From the NCBI GenBank assembly GCA_013239625.1, contig MU054323.1:1736001-1800000 (forward strand): a stretch of 64,000 nt of DNA. The letters are read 5' to 3'. This document shows positions 37,165 through 49,470 of this stretch, piece by piece. Position 1 is the first letter of the stretch, and each line of letters starts with the position of its first letter. This DNA is from Lama guanicoe. Its lineage: Eukaryota. Made by a program: the position numbers and the translations under genes. The notes beneath the pieces were generated by a model that saw only the letters and a program-made list of their open reading frames with translations, was not told the DNA's origin and searched no databases.

Positions 37165-37550
37165 TTGAGCTGAATTATGTCTTCCCCCAAATTTGTATGT
37201 TGAAGTCCTAACTTTCAGTACCTTGGGATGTGACTATATTTGGAAACCGAGTCTTTAAAGAGATAGTTAAGTAAAAATGAGGTCATAAGTAAGGGTTGGT
37301 CCTAATCCAATATGACTGGTGTCCTTATAAGAAGAGGACATTTGGACAGACACATACGAAGGGAAGACCAGGTGAAGACAGAGAGGAGATGGCCATCTAC
37401 CAGTCAAGGAGAGCAGTCTCAGAAGGAACCAACCCTGCCGACACCTTGATCTCAGACTTCTGACCTCTAGAATTGTGAGAAAATGAATTTCTGTTGTCTA
37501 AGCCACCCAGCATGTGGTACTTTGTTGCAGTAGCCCCGGCAAACTAACAC
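37165..37550 (+). mobile_element. MLT1B-like MaLR solo LTR nested in L1
   Basis: gctgaattatgtcttcccccaaatttgtatgttgaagtcctaa...ctaatccaatatgactggtgtccttataagaagagga...gcaaactaacac. Confidence 0.88.
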
Positions 37551-37864
37551 CCCACATCACTGGCTACGAAGTGGTGTTTCACTGTGGTTTGGATGTGCAT
37601 TTTCTTTAATGACTGACCCTTTTTCCTGAGCTTTATGGCTCTTTATGTATCTTCTTTGAAGACATGTTTATTTGGAAATTTCACTTATTTTTAAATTGGA
37701 ACAGCTATCTCTTTAATATTGAGCTTTATAGTTTATATATTTAAGATACAAATTCCTTATCAGATATATGGTTTGCCAAAATCTTCTCCCATTTTGTGGG
37801 TTTTCTTTATACTTTCTTGATGGTATAGTTTGCAGGACAAAAGTTTTAAATTTTTCAAGATTTT

Positions 37865-38065
37865 CAGATACTAACTACTATATATAAAGTAGATAAACAT
37901 GTTTATACTGAACAGCACAGGGAACTATATTCGATACCTTGTAGTAACCTATAATGAAAAAGAATATAATAAGGAATATGGGCACATGTATGACAGAAAC
38001 ATTATGCTGTACAACAGGAATTGACACAACATTGTAAACTGACTATCTTTCAATAATAAAAAATT
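37865..38065 (+). mobile_element. Short lineage-type L1 3' end nested in old L1
   Basis: Reverse complement of the L1 3'UTR seen at 2830-3030 (agcacagggaactatatt...cattgtaaactgactat...aataataaaaa). Confidence 0.85.
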
Positions 38066-39695
38066 TTTTTTAAGTTTAAAATTTTGATGCAGTTCAATGT
38101 ACCAATTTTTTCTCTTTTTAGTTGAAATTTTAGTTTTGTATAAAAGAAATCAACAGCCAGCTTTACAAAGACCTACTCCTATGTTATCCTCCAAGAGTTT
38201 TATGGTTTTAAGCACTTACATTTAGGTCTATAATCCACTCTGAGTTGCATTTTGTGTATAGTGTGACTGGATATCAATTATCCCAGAATTAGTTGTCAAA
38301 CTTTGGTTTACTTTGGGAAGTTATATCAATTTTGCATTCCTATGATAAGTATAACTTTGTTTTTATGTGCATATGTGCATGCGTGTATGTGTATTGCTGG
38401 ATTTCAGTTGCTAATACTTTGCTTAGAATTTTCTGTTTTATGTTTTTAAGTGAGAGAGCCTGGTTTTCCTTTATCATAATTTCCTTCTTGTTTTGGTGTC
38501 AATGTTATGTTGGCCTCATGAATTGAACAGAGAATTGTTCCCTCTTGCACTAACCTCTGAAAAAATTTGTATAATTTTTTTTTCTATTTCTTCCTCAATT
38601 GTTTGAAAAAATTCACCAATGGAGCAAACTTGTGAAATTTTGTTTTAATATATTTTTTAGTGTTTAATATATATTTTTAGTGTTTTAAGTTATAGATCCA
38701 ACTTTTAAATAGATGAAGGATCACTGAGATTTTCTATTTCTTCCTATATCAGTATGGTAAGTTGTGTTTTTTCTAGAAATTTGCCCATTTCTTCTAACTT
38801 TTCAGTTTGGGGCATAAAATTATTTAAATATATTTTTATTACACTTTCAACTTCTGCACAAATTATAATGCTGTGTCCTTTTTCATTCTCATATCAGTAA
38901 TTTGTGTCTTCTCTATCTTGACCAGTCTTGCCAAGGGTTTACCTATTTTATTAGTCTTTTAAAAGAACTTTCTTTCAGCTTTATTTTTTCTATTCTCCTT
39001 TTGTTTTATATTTTATTAATTATGCTATTATTGTTATTATTTTTCTCTTCCATTATTTTTAGGTTTAATTGTTTGCCATTTTTCTAACTTTTGGAGAGGG
39101 ATACATCACTGACTTTTAGCTTTGTGCCCTTTTCAATATATACAATTAAGACTATACATTTTGGTACTCCTATGAGTTTTTATTACCATATAATTCAAAA
39201 TGACTTTATAATTTTTGTGATTTATTCTTTGACTCATGGGTGATTTAGAAGTATATCACTTAATCTCAGACATGTAGGGGTTTCTCTCTGTATTTTATGA
39301 TTGATTTACATCTAAATTTTCTAATTATGATGAGAAACACATACTAAGTGATTTTCATGTTTGAAATTGTTGGTGCTTGCTTGTGGTTTAGCAGATGTAC
39401 AATTTTGGTAAATATTTTATTGACATTTGCAACAAATGTGCATACTCCAAGTACTGGGGACAGAGTTCTATCAATTAGGTCATTTATGTTAATTGTGTTG
39501 TTAAACTCTTCTACATTTTGACTGATTTCCCTGCCTCCTAATCTGTTCTTGAACTTAACACTCAGTTCTTGATTTCTGTAACTTATTTTAAAAAAAATCA
39601 CTATTTGTGGTTTAAATCACTGTTATTTTGTATAAAATGTTGTTTGTTTTCTTTTATAACCTACTCTTATATTATTTTTTTCCTGTTTTCTGTAG

Positions 39696-39910
39696 TTGCA
39701 CCTAATTTAATTACTGTGGGATCTTTGATTTTGATGAACAGTAGTGATACTAAGATGAGTTCTTACTGGATCCTGCCCTGTTCTTCTTGCCTCCAAGAAA
39801 CTACCTCGGAAGCTGAAATATACATTAATATCACTGTTCCTTTGGAAACTTCTATCTTCACAGCATTTTCTTCTTCATCAGACTTTGGAAACACAATCGT
39901 TACTCTCTGA
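39696..39910 (+). pseudogene. Decayed ephrin-receptor-like exon
   Basis: Strong acceptor ttttttcctgttttctgtag; SS-TG-LPCSSCLQETTS, HCSFGNF. Confidence 0.6.
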
Positions 39911-40172
39911 AGGGCAGGCTTAAATTTAATTTGCAGGTAGTAGAGAAAACAAGACCATGTGATGCTATTTTTATTTTCCCAAATCACAGATTTGAACTCA
40001 TTTTCTAACAAAGGATCATTTTACTGATTTGTGAATTGGTTTATGTGAAAAGTCTTAAACCCACTTAGCAATTATTTTAACAAATCAATACCATGGTCAG
40101 AATATAGTACATGGAAATAGAAGTAAAACACAGGGACGTGATGTTTGAATACTGGACATAAATCTGTCCCAG

Positions 40173-41130
40173 AAAATTGAGACCATCTGGCTGTTGTCAG
40201 TTTGTAAACTTGTGGTTAGAATGAAAATATATCTCAGTTTGCACCAAAGCCTTTTGCTATATCAGCATGTGGCCTGGAACAGAATGACATGAGTAAGTTC
40301 ACAAGGAAAAAAGTAATAAACTGAAGGAACTATCTGAACAGTATTTATGTCTGGTAGTAACAGAAAACACCATTTCATGTTAAGTTACTTGGGAGAAGAT
40401 CCACTTCTGCAGAACTGAATCCTTTATTCCCCTCCAGTGGCATCACATTAAAGTAAAAATAGGATTGAATTAGTGGCTAGGAGATCAGGGTCCCAATTCA
40501 GATTCGACTAGTCACCTGCTCTGTAATCTTGAGAAAATCATTTCCTCTCTAGGCATTAGTTCCATCTATAAAAGCCTGGGGCCACTATAAACAGAAATTC
40601 AGGCCAACTTAAGTGAGAATCTATACATTAAAGAGATAGCAGAGATGAGGAAGGGAGCCCCTAGGACTAAAACCACTGAGTGTCTTAGAGAACATTTTCC
40701 CAGCAATATGTTGCTTTCCAGTGTTATCAGTTTAGTTGAAAACGGATGCTTTTTAAAACATGGTGTGCCATATTTCAATAAAATGGTTGGCCTCCAAAAA
40801 TGAGCTATGTATCTTCCTGTGATGAAGTGAAGGGTCTTGGACAGCTATCACGTGGTCACTGGTCTGGGCTCCCACTCTTACTCTCGTGGCCCAGCTTATC
40901 ACATCTCCCCGCGTTGCCAACTCTGTACCAGACTATCTTAGGACAGAGTAACCCCTCACATCGTGTTCCTTTGTTCCCACACTTCTTCTCCCACTTTGCT
41001 CCATGGGTGCTTGGGATACAAGGTTTCAACAGGGGTCTTGAGTTGCACAAGAACATGTCTGGGCTGCCCTGGCGTGGTATGAGAACTTGATCTTCCACAG
41101 CTGGACTTGGGGAAGCATTATTCTGAAGAC
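40173..41130 (+). pseudogene. Two decayed EGF exons (40173-40292, 40736-40854) and a TSP1 exon (~41005-41130)
   Basis: VCTKAFC..WPGTE* /gtaagt; (V)ENGC...PYFN-SYVSSCDE.KG.G; WDTR..QGS-SCTRTCLG-GMRT*S. Confidence 0.5.
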
Positions 41131-41329
41131 TGTGATAGATGGTGACAGCTTCTAAAGGGGGTAAAAGAAGTTGGTGCCTACAACCTCTGCCAAAGGAAGA
41201 GTTGAGAACTGTGGAGTCAAATTGCGAAGTGCATTAGCGAATGAATGGTAGAAAACCTGTGTGTTGATTCCTGGGAATAAGACCCCAGAATGGAGGGTTT
41301 TGGAGAAGGGACACTGGAAAACTCTAACT

Positions 41330-42480
41330 CCCTCTTGCATCTACTTGTGGACCATTACTTCCTCACTCATGGGTAAACACAGCTTTTTTAGGTCTAATGT
41401 CTGCATCATAGCTTCTTCTCCATTCCAAGTCCTGCTGTCATCTTGAGTGACTTCAGGACCTGTGTGAAGGACAGCCTGCACTTTGGCCTTACAGTTCTTC
41501 CACCGCCTCCACTTAGTGGCTGTACCTCCCTTTTTTCCGTCAGCGCACATTCCTCAGCATCACTTGGAACCACTCCATGTTAGAGACCTGATCACAGTCC
41601 CCTATCCTCCAAGACCTCTGATCTGCATTTTCTCACAATCTCTCTCTTCTGTTTTCCAGTGACCTCCAGTTTCAGATTCTCCTACTTCATCCAGCCTGTC
41701 AGCTTCCTCTTGTTTTATTTCCCTTGTCTATAGAAACCCAGGCTTTCCTAACTTGCTGAACACTAGAGCAATTCTATCACTGGGACCCTCAATTCATAGA
41801 TATTGTATCATTTTATGGTCCCGTTTGAAGAATTTTTCTCATCATCTGCACCATTTCCTTTTGTTTTCACCGAGAAAAATGAGACAGTCTGTGTGATATC
41901 CCTCAACTTTTTGTTCCCCATCCACACATGTTATCAACAGTGTCCTTTATCTTCACCTTCTTTCATTCAGCCTATCAATCAGTTTAAGCATTCCTTAAAA
42001 CAAAATCAGAAAGGAAGAAAAGAAGAATAGGAAAGAAAGGAAAAGAAATTAAGGAAGATAGAAAGGAAGGAAGACAGAAAGAAGAGAAAGAAATTCTTGA
42101 TTCAAAATTCCCTTGAGGTTACAAACTTATTCTCATCTAAATTCACCCCAAACTAAATTATGCTCACTGATCCCACTTCCACTGTCATTCATTCAATTTA
42201 GTCATTTATTCAGGTAGCACTCACGGAGCACTGACCAGTGCCAGGCACTGCGTTAAGTCCTGAAAATTCAGAGGTTGAATAAGACATGGTGCTTTTCCTT
42301 AAATACCTGACATAATTTCAGTAGAGTGACTAGCCACACACAATTATTATAATATGATGTGCTCGATGCAGTGGTAGAGATGAGCGTTGCAATGGGAGCA
42401 AGTCACGACAGTGTTAGAGGAAATGCAAGTGTTGACCCTTGATGGTGAGGAAGCTTGAGTGAGGAGTGGTTCAGTGCTGT
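41330..42480. mobile_element. L2 LINE fragments
   Basis: cctgctgtcatcttgagtgacttc (ILGDF endonuclease motif) and cattcattcaatttagtcatttattcaggtagcac...gtgccaggcactg tail. Confidence 0.6.
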
Positions 42481-42679
42481 CAGAGCATCAGTGCAATGTA
42501 GGCAATGTTTATACCCAAGGCTGACGAATCAGGGTGGCAACGACAGATTAGGGAAGACATCGTGGACCAGACAACCACCATATTCACATCTTATATCTCT
42601 CCTGAAAGACAGAGAAGTGAGGATAGGTTTACAAATAACTCCTGTAGATGCGGAAGAGTAGGGTTTTTGCTCTCCCTCT

Positions 42680-43128
42680 TTTTTTTTTTAATAGAATTTT
42701 TGATTTTTTTAAAATTGAAGTACCGTCAGTTACAATGTGTCAATTTCTGGCATACAGCACAATGTCTCAGTCATGCATACATATACATGTATTTGCTTTC
42801 ATATTCTTTTTCATTAAAGGTTATTACAAGATATTGAGCATAGTTCCCTGTGCTATACAGCAGAAACTTTTTAAAAATCTATTTTTATATATAGTGGCTA
42901 ACATTTATAAATCTTAAACTCCCAAATTTATCCGTTCCCACCCCCTTTCCCCGGTAACCATAAGATTCTTGACTATGTCTTTGAGTCTGTTTCTGTTTTA
43001 GATGAGTTCATAGTGTCCTTTTTTTCTTTTTCTTTTCTTTTTTTTTTAGATTCCATTTATGAGTGACATCTTATGGTATTTTTCTTTCTCTTTCTGGCTT
43101 ACTTCACTCAGAATGACAATCTCTAGGT
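42680..43128 (-). mobile_element. Lineage-type L1 3'UTR, same family as 2812-3761
   Basis: Near-identical blocks gtcagttacaatgtgtcaatttctgg and ggtatttttctttctctttctggcttacttca shared with 2850-3230. Confidence 0.92.
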
Positions 43129-43989
43129 GCCCCCCTCTTGCTAGAACATTTCCATGAGCTTAGTTGAGTCTCCCATTGGCCCCGCAGGCAGAAAGCAGCA
43201 AGGTTGTGTATGTTGTGTGGGACTGGGGCAGAGAAAGCAGGGGAAGGGACATCAAGCCGCGCAGCCAGGCTTGGACACTGACAGGCAGAGCAGCTGCACC
43301 CCATTCAGCCTCTGGTTGGAGAAAATACTGACGTTTGGCTTGCCAAGGTCAAAATGAGACATTCCAGGAAACCAGCCAGGGTGGGCTGCATGCAGCTGGA
43401 CCTGATTCCTATTAATTTTGAGCAAAAATGCTTCCCACTCTATTCTCCTCTGCCCATCCACTGCTCCCCTCTCCTCCTGTTCCTTCTCCTTCTCGCCTCT
43501 TTCCTCAGGAGAGACTAGCCAGAGGAGGTGGCTGAGCTGAGCAGGGGCACGCATGGTGGAAGCCTCTCACCCGCCAGGTGGTGCACTCTCTGGTCTTCCA
43601 TGAGGACAGCCCAGCGGCCTTGCGGGCACAAGGTTTGCCAAGTGGATGGGTCTTTGGGGGAATTAAAAAATACACCTTTTCTAAGCTTTAGGTGAGCACT
43701 TACTGTTCTTGATTTCAGCCCCTGTCCTCAGGTGGGCATCCTTGTGCAGGGCACAGTCGGAGACACCGTAGCTACCCTGTGGCCTCTGGCTTTGCTTCCA
43801 GCTGAGAAATTTCTATCACGTGGCAGAGCTAAGAAAGCCCTCCCTCCAGCCACAGTCCACTGCCCCTTCGTCATTGCCTGAGTGCCTCCTTTCTGCAAGG
43901 CTTGGGTGTTCAAAGGGCTAAGAATTGGGCTGTTAATTCAGTGTATTTTTTGTGGGGGGGTAGGGTGTTGTTTTGTTTTTGGTTCGGGC

Positions 43990-44309
43990 GGGAGTGATAA
44001 CTGACACTGTCTCTCTTCCACTTAGAGGGTTTTATAAAGTTCCATTTGTTATTGTCTCACAGGATGGGGGTTGCTGAGAAGAAGGAAAACTTGCCAGTCT
44101 GTGTGGGGAACACTTCTACACTGTGTTGTTAGGATTATGTCCCCGTGGAAGATAATGAAAAGTTACGCTGCTCATGCTTAAGCTTAAACTCCAAGTCCAT
44201 TTTCGTTTAAAATGTACAATAAATTAGAGAGAGTTTTACAGTGGTTCCTAAGACCTGACCAGAGGGTGTTTTCCGTTGTAGTACGACTAGAAGCAAACTG
44301 TCTCCCGAG
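43990..44309 (+). pseudogene. Decayed EGF followed by sushi
   Basis: SSICYCLTGWGLLRRRKTCQS (GS..C.C..G..L....TC); PVEDNEKLRCS ... EANCLP /gtaaga. Confidence 0.65.
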
Positions 44310-44895
44310 GTAAGAAAAGGCAACTGAGTCAGTACTGAGTAGGTCCTACCCTTCTGCCTGAGCCTTAAAACTACCTAGCAGAAGACAATGAAACAGGCGC
44401 ATGGCGTGGGGGAAGGACGGTGATGAGGGGTGAAGTCACGGTCCCTCTTATTCAAATGACAGTGACAGGTACAGTGGACCCCTCGTGGCTCCACTTGGGG
44501 GAATCAGCAGCCTAAATATGGGGAGGGGGGCCCAGCAGCCATCAAATCACAGTTCAGGGGGCCATAAATATCACCTTCATCTTCAACACATGAGGGGACA
44601 AATGCTCAGACCCCAAAAGTGTCCTGCAAACCTAGGACCCAGGGTAGGAGAATAAAAGAATGGGCAATTGGCTCCACTCCTTTTTAAGACGTGATTTCAG
44701 TTTAGAATTGCTATCACTTCTATCTTTTCCTCTTCAGAACATCGCATCCAATTATTTCTCTGACCTCTAAAACTTTTTTTTTTTAAGTTCCTATTGTTGA
44801 GATTACTCAATTTTACAAAGCCGTGAGGAGACGCTGGAGGATTTGGGCAAGCTAGTCTTTGGATCCTTAAGCTGGTAACAAAGCCATTTTGCTAG

Positions 44896-45410
44896 ATAAA
44901 TTGGGACATACACCAAAACCATTCTTTGTTTTTCGCTCCCTGGTGATGGGAAATGTGTAAACTCCCCCAAACTAAAGAAAGCGCATCTCAATAGGATACC
45001 TGTGATTAATAGTGATGGTGGGGATGATGTGGCGTGAGCAAAATATAAAAAACAGAACCCTTTGAGCTTTAGATTTATGAAGTGCTAAGATCCCTTGTTT
45101 AAGCCTTTAGCAACTTGACAGATACCCTGCTGTATATCCGGGCCATGTCAGGGATCTCCCTAAAGAGCATTCGTGGGAATCACTAATCTAAGCCTGGGAA
45201 TGCCTGAAAAGGCTGATTCTCAGCGCTCTGAGAAATGTTCACAGACTTTGGGGGCCAAAGTTCTCATTGAGATGAAATGTTATATTGTCTTTATTCTGTT
45301 TTCTGCATTAGTCATATTTTGGGTGTTCATAAAAAGGATATCATTTATGACATTTATGGGTCAGATGCCTTGAGTTTGTGCAGCACATGGTGGGGCTACA
45401 CATAATAGGT
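44896..45410 (+). pseudogene. Decayed EGF-CA (44896-45033), EGF and sushi exons
   Basis: LCFSLPGDGKCVNSP-IGY /gtgagc; PCCISGPCQG..EC; FGCS*KGYHL*HLWVRCLE-STW. Confidence 0.6.
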
Positions 45411-46200
45411 GGTCAGCACGTTCTTATGTGTTGATGTAGTTCTCTTTTGAGTGGAAGGAAAGGAATTGTTTTGGAACTGATAGCATACATAATCTGCTAT
45501 CTGAAAGTTTTCATGACAGGTTGAAATTGTTTAGTTTTGTTTCCTAAAGTCTTCCGAATAAGTGTGGACATGGGACAGACATGATCAGGTTGCTTGATAG
45601 CGTATAAACTTATTTTATGTAATTTAATTCATACGATAATCCTATGAAATAGTTGTTATTAACTCCATTTTATAGATGAAGAAGGCAGGGAGATGAAGGG
45701 GTTAAACCAAGCAACAGAATTAGGACCAATTTTTTTCTTTAACTTCTTATCTTGTGCTCTTTCTGCCTCACTGCTATTAGTAGACCTTGGCTCTAGGTCA
45801 GGGGGAGCCATTTCTTAGCTGGGTGGCCCTAAGTAAATCCCTTTGCCTCATTGGTCTTTGTTTCCTAATCTATGGAATTAAGTAACAAATACCTTTGAAC
45901 AATCTTAGACCCATTGAAGTAGCCAAAGAAGGTCTAAAGTAGAAAGGGCATTAGTGTCCCTCTTTTCTTGCCAGAAAAAAAAAAAATCCACAAAGTCTAG
46001 AAACGTTCCATGACCAATTGTCTTCTATCTGCTGCCATCTTTCTATAAAGTTATCCATGATTTTCTTACGCTTTCAGCAATCCCTGACCATAACCCCTGA
46101 GCAAGACAGAATAGATCTTGGGCTCTTGGTTTGGGATTTTTGCTATCTATATTAGAATTGATCTTTCTCTTTTCCTATGAGCTTATTTCTGCATTTTGGA

Positions 46201-46378
46201 TCTGCCTGTGAACTCACTGCCCTGCTACATGGCTGCATTCTTCAGTCGGATCCCTGGACTCTATGCAGTCCTAAGGGTCTACCTGGATATTTAATGTTAG
46301 ACCACCAGTACGACTTGTTCTGTAACTACTCTTACCCACTATTCTGGTCCTGATAGACACCTGGCCCTTGTAGTCAAC
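46201..46378 (+). pseudogene. Decayed sushi exon, frame preserved
   Basis: SACELTALLHGCILQSDPWTLCSPKGLPGYLMLDHQYDLFCNYSYPLFWS**TPGPCSQ. Confidence 0.72.
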
Positions 46379-46554
46379 TGTTGGCAGCACAGCTATTGGT
46401 GTTAACAAACTTCCGACTTTCTACTTAGTTGGTGAATATGAAGAGCTGCATCTCCCTCTAAAACTGTTCTTCCCACTTGAGGAAACCCAGGAATCACCAT
46501 CATAAATGTTATCAGTTAGGCATCATCATGTCCTTCTCAAATAGCCTAGTCTAT

Positions 46555-46730
46555 CTTTTGTCTCCAGTGGTCCCTGTGCAGTCAGATCACGTGGAGCAGA
46601 TGCCTTCTTTTCCCAGTCTCGAGGACAAGGGAGTCTGCATGAAGGTGCCACAGATGGCAAGGGAGGTCCAGTGAAGTGATGGTGGGGAAATTGATTTGTA
46701 AACATTCCAGTGAGAATGTCTTCCCATCTG
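46555..46730 (+). pseudogene. Decayed TSP1 exon
   Basis: WSLCS-RSRGADAFFSQSR...DGKGGP...LIC (WS.CS.SCG....R). Confidence 0.5.
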
Positions 46731-47859
46731 AATGGCTATTTTGGAAACTGTTTCCATGAAACAAAAAACATGTTCCACTACATGTCATGTTGATTCATAG
46801 TATAATCGTTAGTCCACAGCCGAACTGCTTACAAGGAAGCAACTCAATTAATTAGCCTCAAGGAAGTGGCCAGTTTGAGCTTAGATACTGATATTTTTCC
46901 ATGTGCAGAGATCCAAAGGAAAGTCTATTGATGACTTTGTAATAAACTTGTGATTTTTCTTGGTGAAAAAAGCACATATCCCTTTAATCTCTCAAGAAAT
47001 GTTAACAATCAGCGCACATGGCAGTGTACACTTAAGACACATTGGACATCTTCCCGTATCTCAAAGATTTCCATATTTGCAAGAGCCTGAAAAGTTGACA
47101 ACTATCCACAGGGGTGAGCCCAGAGAATTAGATGTGATCCTGGCCATTTATCCTTCTGGACAGGAGCATTCTGGGAATACAGAGACCAGGATTCTAGTAA
47201 GAGTGATTGAGTTCCTAATTCTTTTGGAATCTCAGTTTCCTTTTCTGAGGAAAATGGTATGTGAAGGAATTCATACAGGAGATGTTTATGGCTTCCTTCT
47301 GCTCTAAATTTTTGAAATTTTCTGTGTTTTCTCTCTCTCTTTTTCCTGAAAGTTTAACTCTCTGTATTCAGAGACTGCTTTCTGCCAGGTGGGTTGGGCA
47401 GTATCTGTCCTCACCTAAGCACCTACTAAATAAATATATGGTTGGCCAGATCCACCTGGCTTTAGGTATTTTTAGATATAACAACGCAGCATTTCTGGGT
47501 TTGAAAAGGAAGCTGTTAAGACCAACCATACAGCTTGAGAAGGACTCACTCAGGACTCTACAGATCCCATTGTAACTAGATTTGTTGAACATTTAAATTA
47601 AATTATTTTGCTAATCATGGATGTCTGACATTTCACCTCTAAGTGAACTGTGTAAGGTTGAATCGAATTCAAGTTTGCTCTTTCTCATCTCCAAGGAAGT
47701 ATCATCTGTTCTTCAGCCAAGAGGGGCTGACCACACTTGTTCACCCTCTCTTCTGTCTGCTCAGGCCATCTCCTGATTGTCTCCAGTGACCTATTGGAAT
47801 GAATCAGCTCTCAGCTCCTGCAGTGTCTAGAAGAGGAAGCAGTGTTAAGGATGCTAATA

Positions 47860-48240
47860 ATGGATGGTGACACAGAGGGACTGGCAAGGGTGGGAAGCCA
47901 TTACCTCCTTCAATCTGACCAGGCAAAAAGAGAGGCAGGCTACTTCAATGCCACAAGAGCTGAAACCACAGATGGGGACACCCGACAGGAGCTGTGTGGC
48001 TGTAGGGAGGGCAGCCACACCCAAATTGTGGCCCAATAGGGAGGGAGCAGGGAAATAAATACCTCCACCTTCCTCTGTCCTCACCCCCTGGCCGCCTGCT
48101 GGTGCCTTCCCTCATGGCTGAACCGAACAGGAAGCAAGAAGCAAAGGGTCCCAGGGATGCAGCCTCAGAGGTTGGCCTCCTGGGCACGGAGCTGGATGAA
48201 GAGGAAGGAAAATGGGCCTGGGGGTGTAAACACGACCTAT
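47860..48240. mobile_element. Old ERVL/MaLR-type solo LTR
   Basis: gccttccctcatggctgaaccgaacaggaagcaagaagcaaagggtcccagggatgcagcc motif. Confidence 0.5.
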
Positions 48241-48712
48241 CTGATGCAGTCACTTTTGTTTTTAAAACTTTGACCCTCATTTTGTATGTTTAGATGTTTG
48301 ACAGTGTGCTATATCCAAGATTTCTGAAAATAAATAAAACACAAGTCTAAAGAGAGTCCTGTTTCTTTCTCCTTTTTAAAAAAAGCTTCATGGCTTCCTG
48401 CAGAAATGTATTTTTTTCAGTAGTCATATTTTAAAGAGGGCCTTGATGGAGAAATCAGGAAAAGAGAAGTATGTAGCTATTGCCAGAGTTTTAAACATGT
48501 GTCTACCTGCCCACTGAGAATACTGTCTTTTAACAATGATTTATTAATCTACTAGAGGGGTTGATTGGAATGAGATTTTATAAAATGCCTTGAGCTTCTC
48601 GAAGGAATGATTTTCCCCTTGAATGCAAAATCCTGTGTATGCAATGAAACAATAACATGCAGTATCTATGATTTCAGAACATATGCTTGTTCTTAAAATT
48701 TATATATTTCAG

Positions 48713-49470
48713 ACGTTTTTATCCCAGAATTCTCTCTGGCCAACAAGGTGTAAAATCATCCAACTGGATAAGTGTTGGGAGTGACCACCTGCTATCAAGG
48801 TGAAAACAGTCATGGCTGGGGTGTGTTTCTCCCTGGCCTCTTCTCTCTCCTTCTTTCTCCCTTTTTCTCCACATCTCCTACCTCACTCCTTCTCTCTTCC
48901 TCTCCTTTCTAGATAGAACGACAAGCTTTTGATAACAAAGACATTAGTGTATGGATTTAAGCATCCTAGATATATGTGTTTTAATATTTTGGGGACTATC
49001 CATAAATTTAATTTCACCTAGCATAAATTCATCTTCAAATCGGTGATTTTGATGGCTTCATGCCATTCGATTTCTTCAATTCATTTACTGGTTTGTGATG
49101 GCTTTTGTTGTTGTTGTGTTTTTGTCTTACTTTGTGCACTTTTTCCTCTATGACCATCGTTTTTTTTTTAATCTGATAGTTTCATGTTTGTTTGTATCTG
49201 GTCCCCAGTCCTCTCATTTCCAGCTCAGAATCAGATCTTAAAATGGCATTTTGAGGCTCTTATATCATATAATTATTGGGAACATTGCATGTGCAATCCC
49301 CAAACTGGTGGCTGTTCAAGTCAAGAGAAGACTCTAAATCTAAGGGACTGGGAGGACAAAGATAACAGGTTCACGACCAGAAAGTGGGCTGTGCAGATCT
49401 AAACATTTGCCCTCAGTGTACAAAAGTGCTAGTTTCACCGTGCCCTTGTCAGCATGCAGAAACAGCTTTT
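48713..49470 (+). pseudogene. Decayed HYR exons (48713-48800, 48913-49090) and tandem EGF (~49280-49470)
   Basis: (D)VFIPEFS; QAFDNKD; GDFDG-SC..I; MCNPQTGGCSS; HDQKVGCADLNIC..SFT-CPC. Confidence 0.55.

Larger units (their letters stand above)
36540..39660 (-). mobile_element. Old L1 fragments (3'UTR and ORF2) with nested insertions
   Basis: ttctttcacttagcataatgtt, gctgcaccattttacattcccagcagcaatgtatgagg, tttaggtctataatccactctgagttg antisense L1 motifs. Confidence 0.88.

Noticed and set aside
39766..39907. Minus-strand exon candidate RVTIVFPKSDEEENAVK… with AG/GT ends
   Set aside because: Isolated and unrecognisable; antisense shadow of the + strand ephrin-like remnant, which has a stronger acceptor
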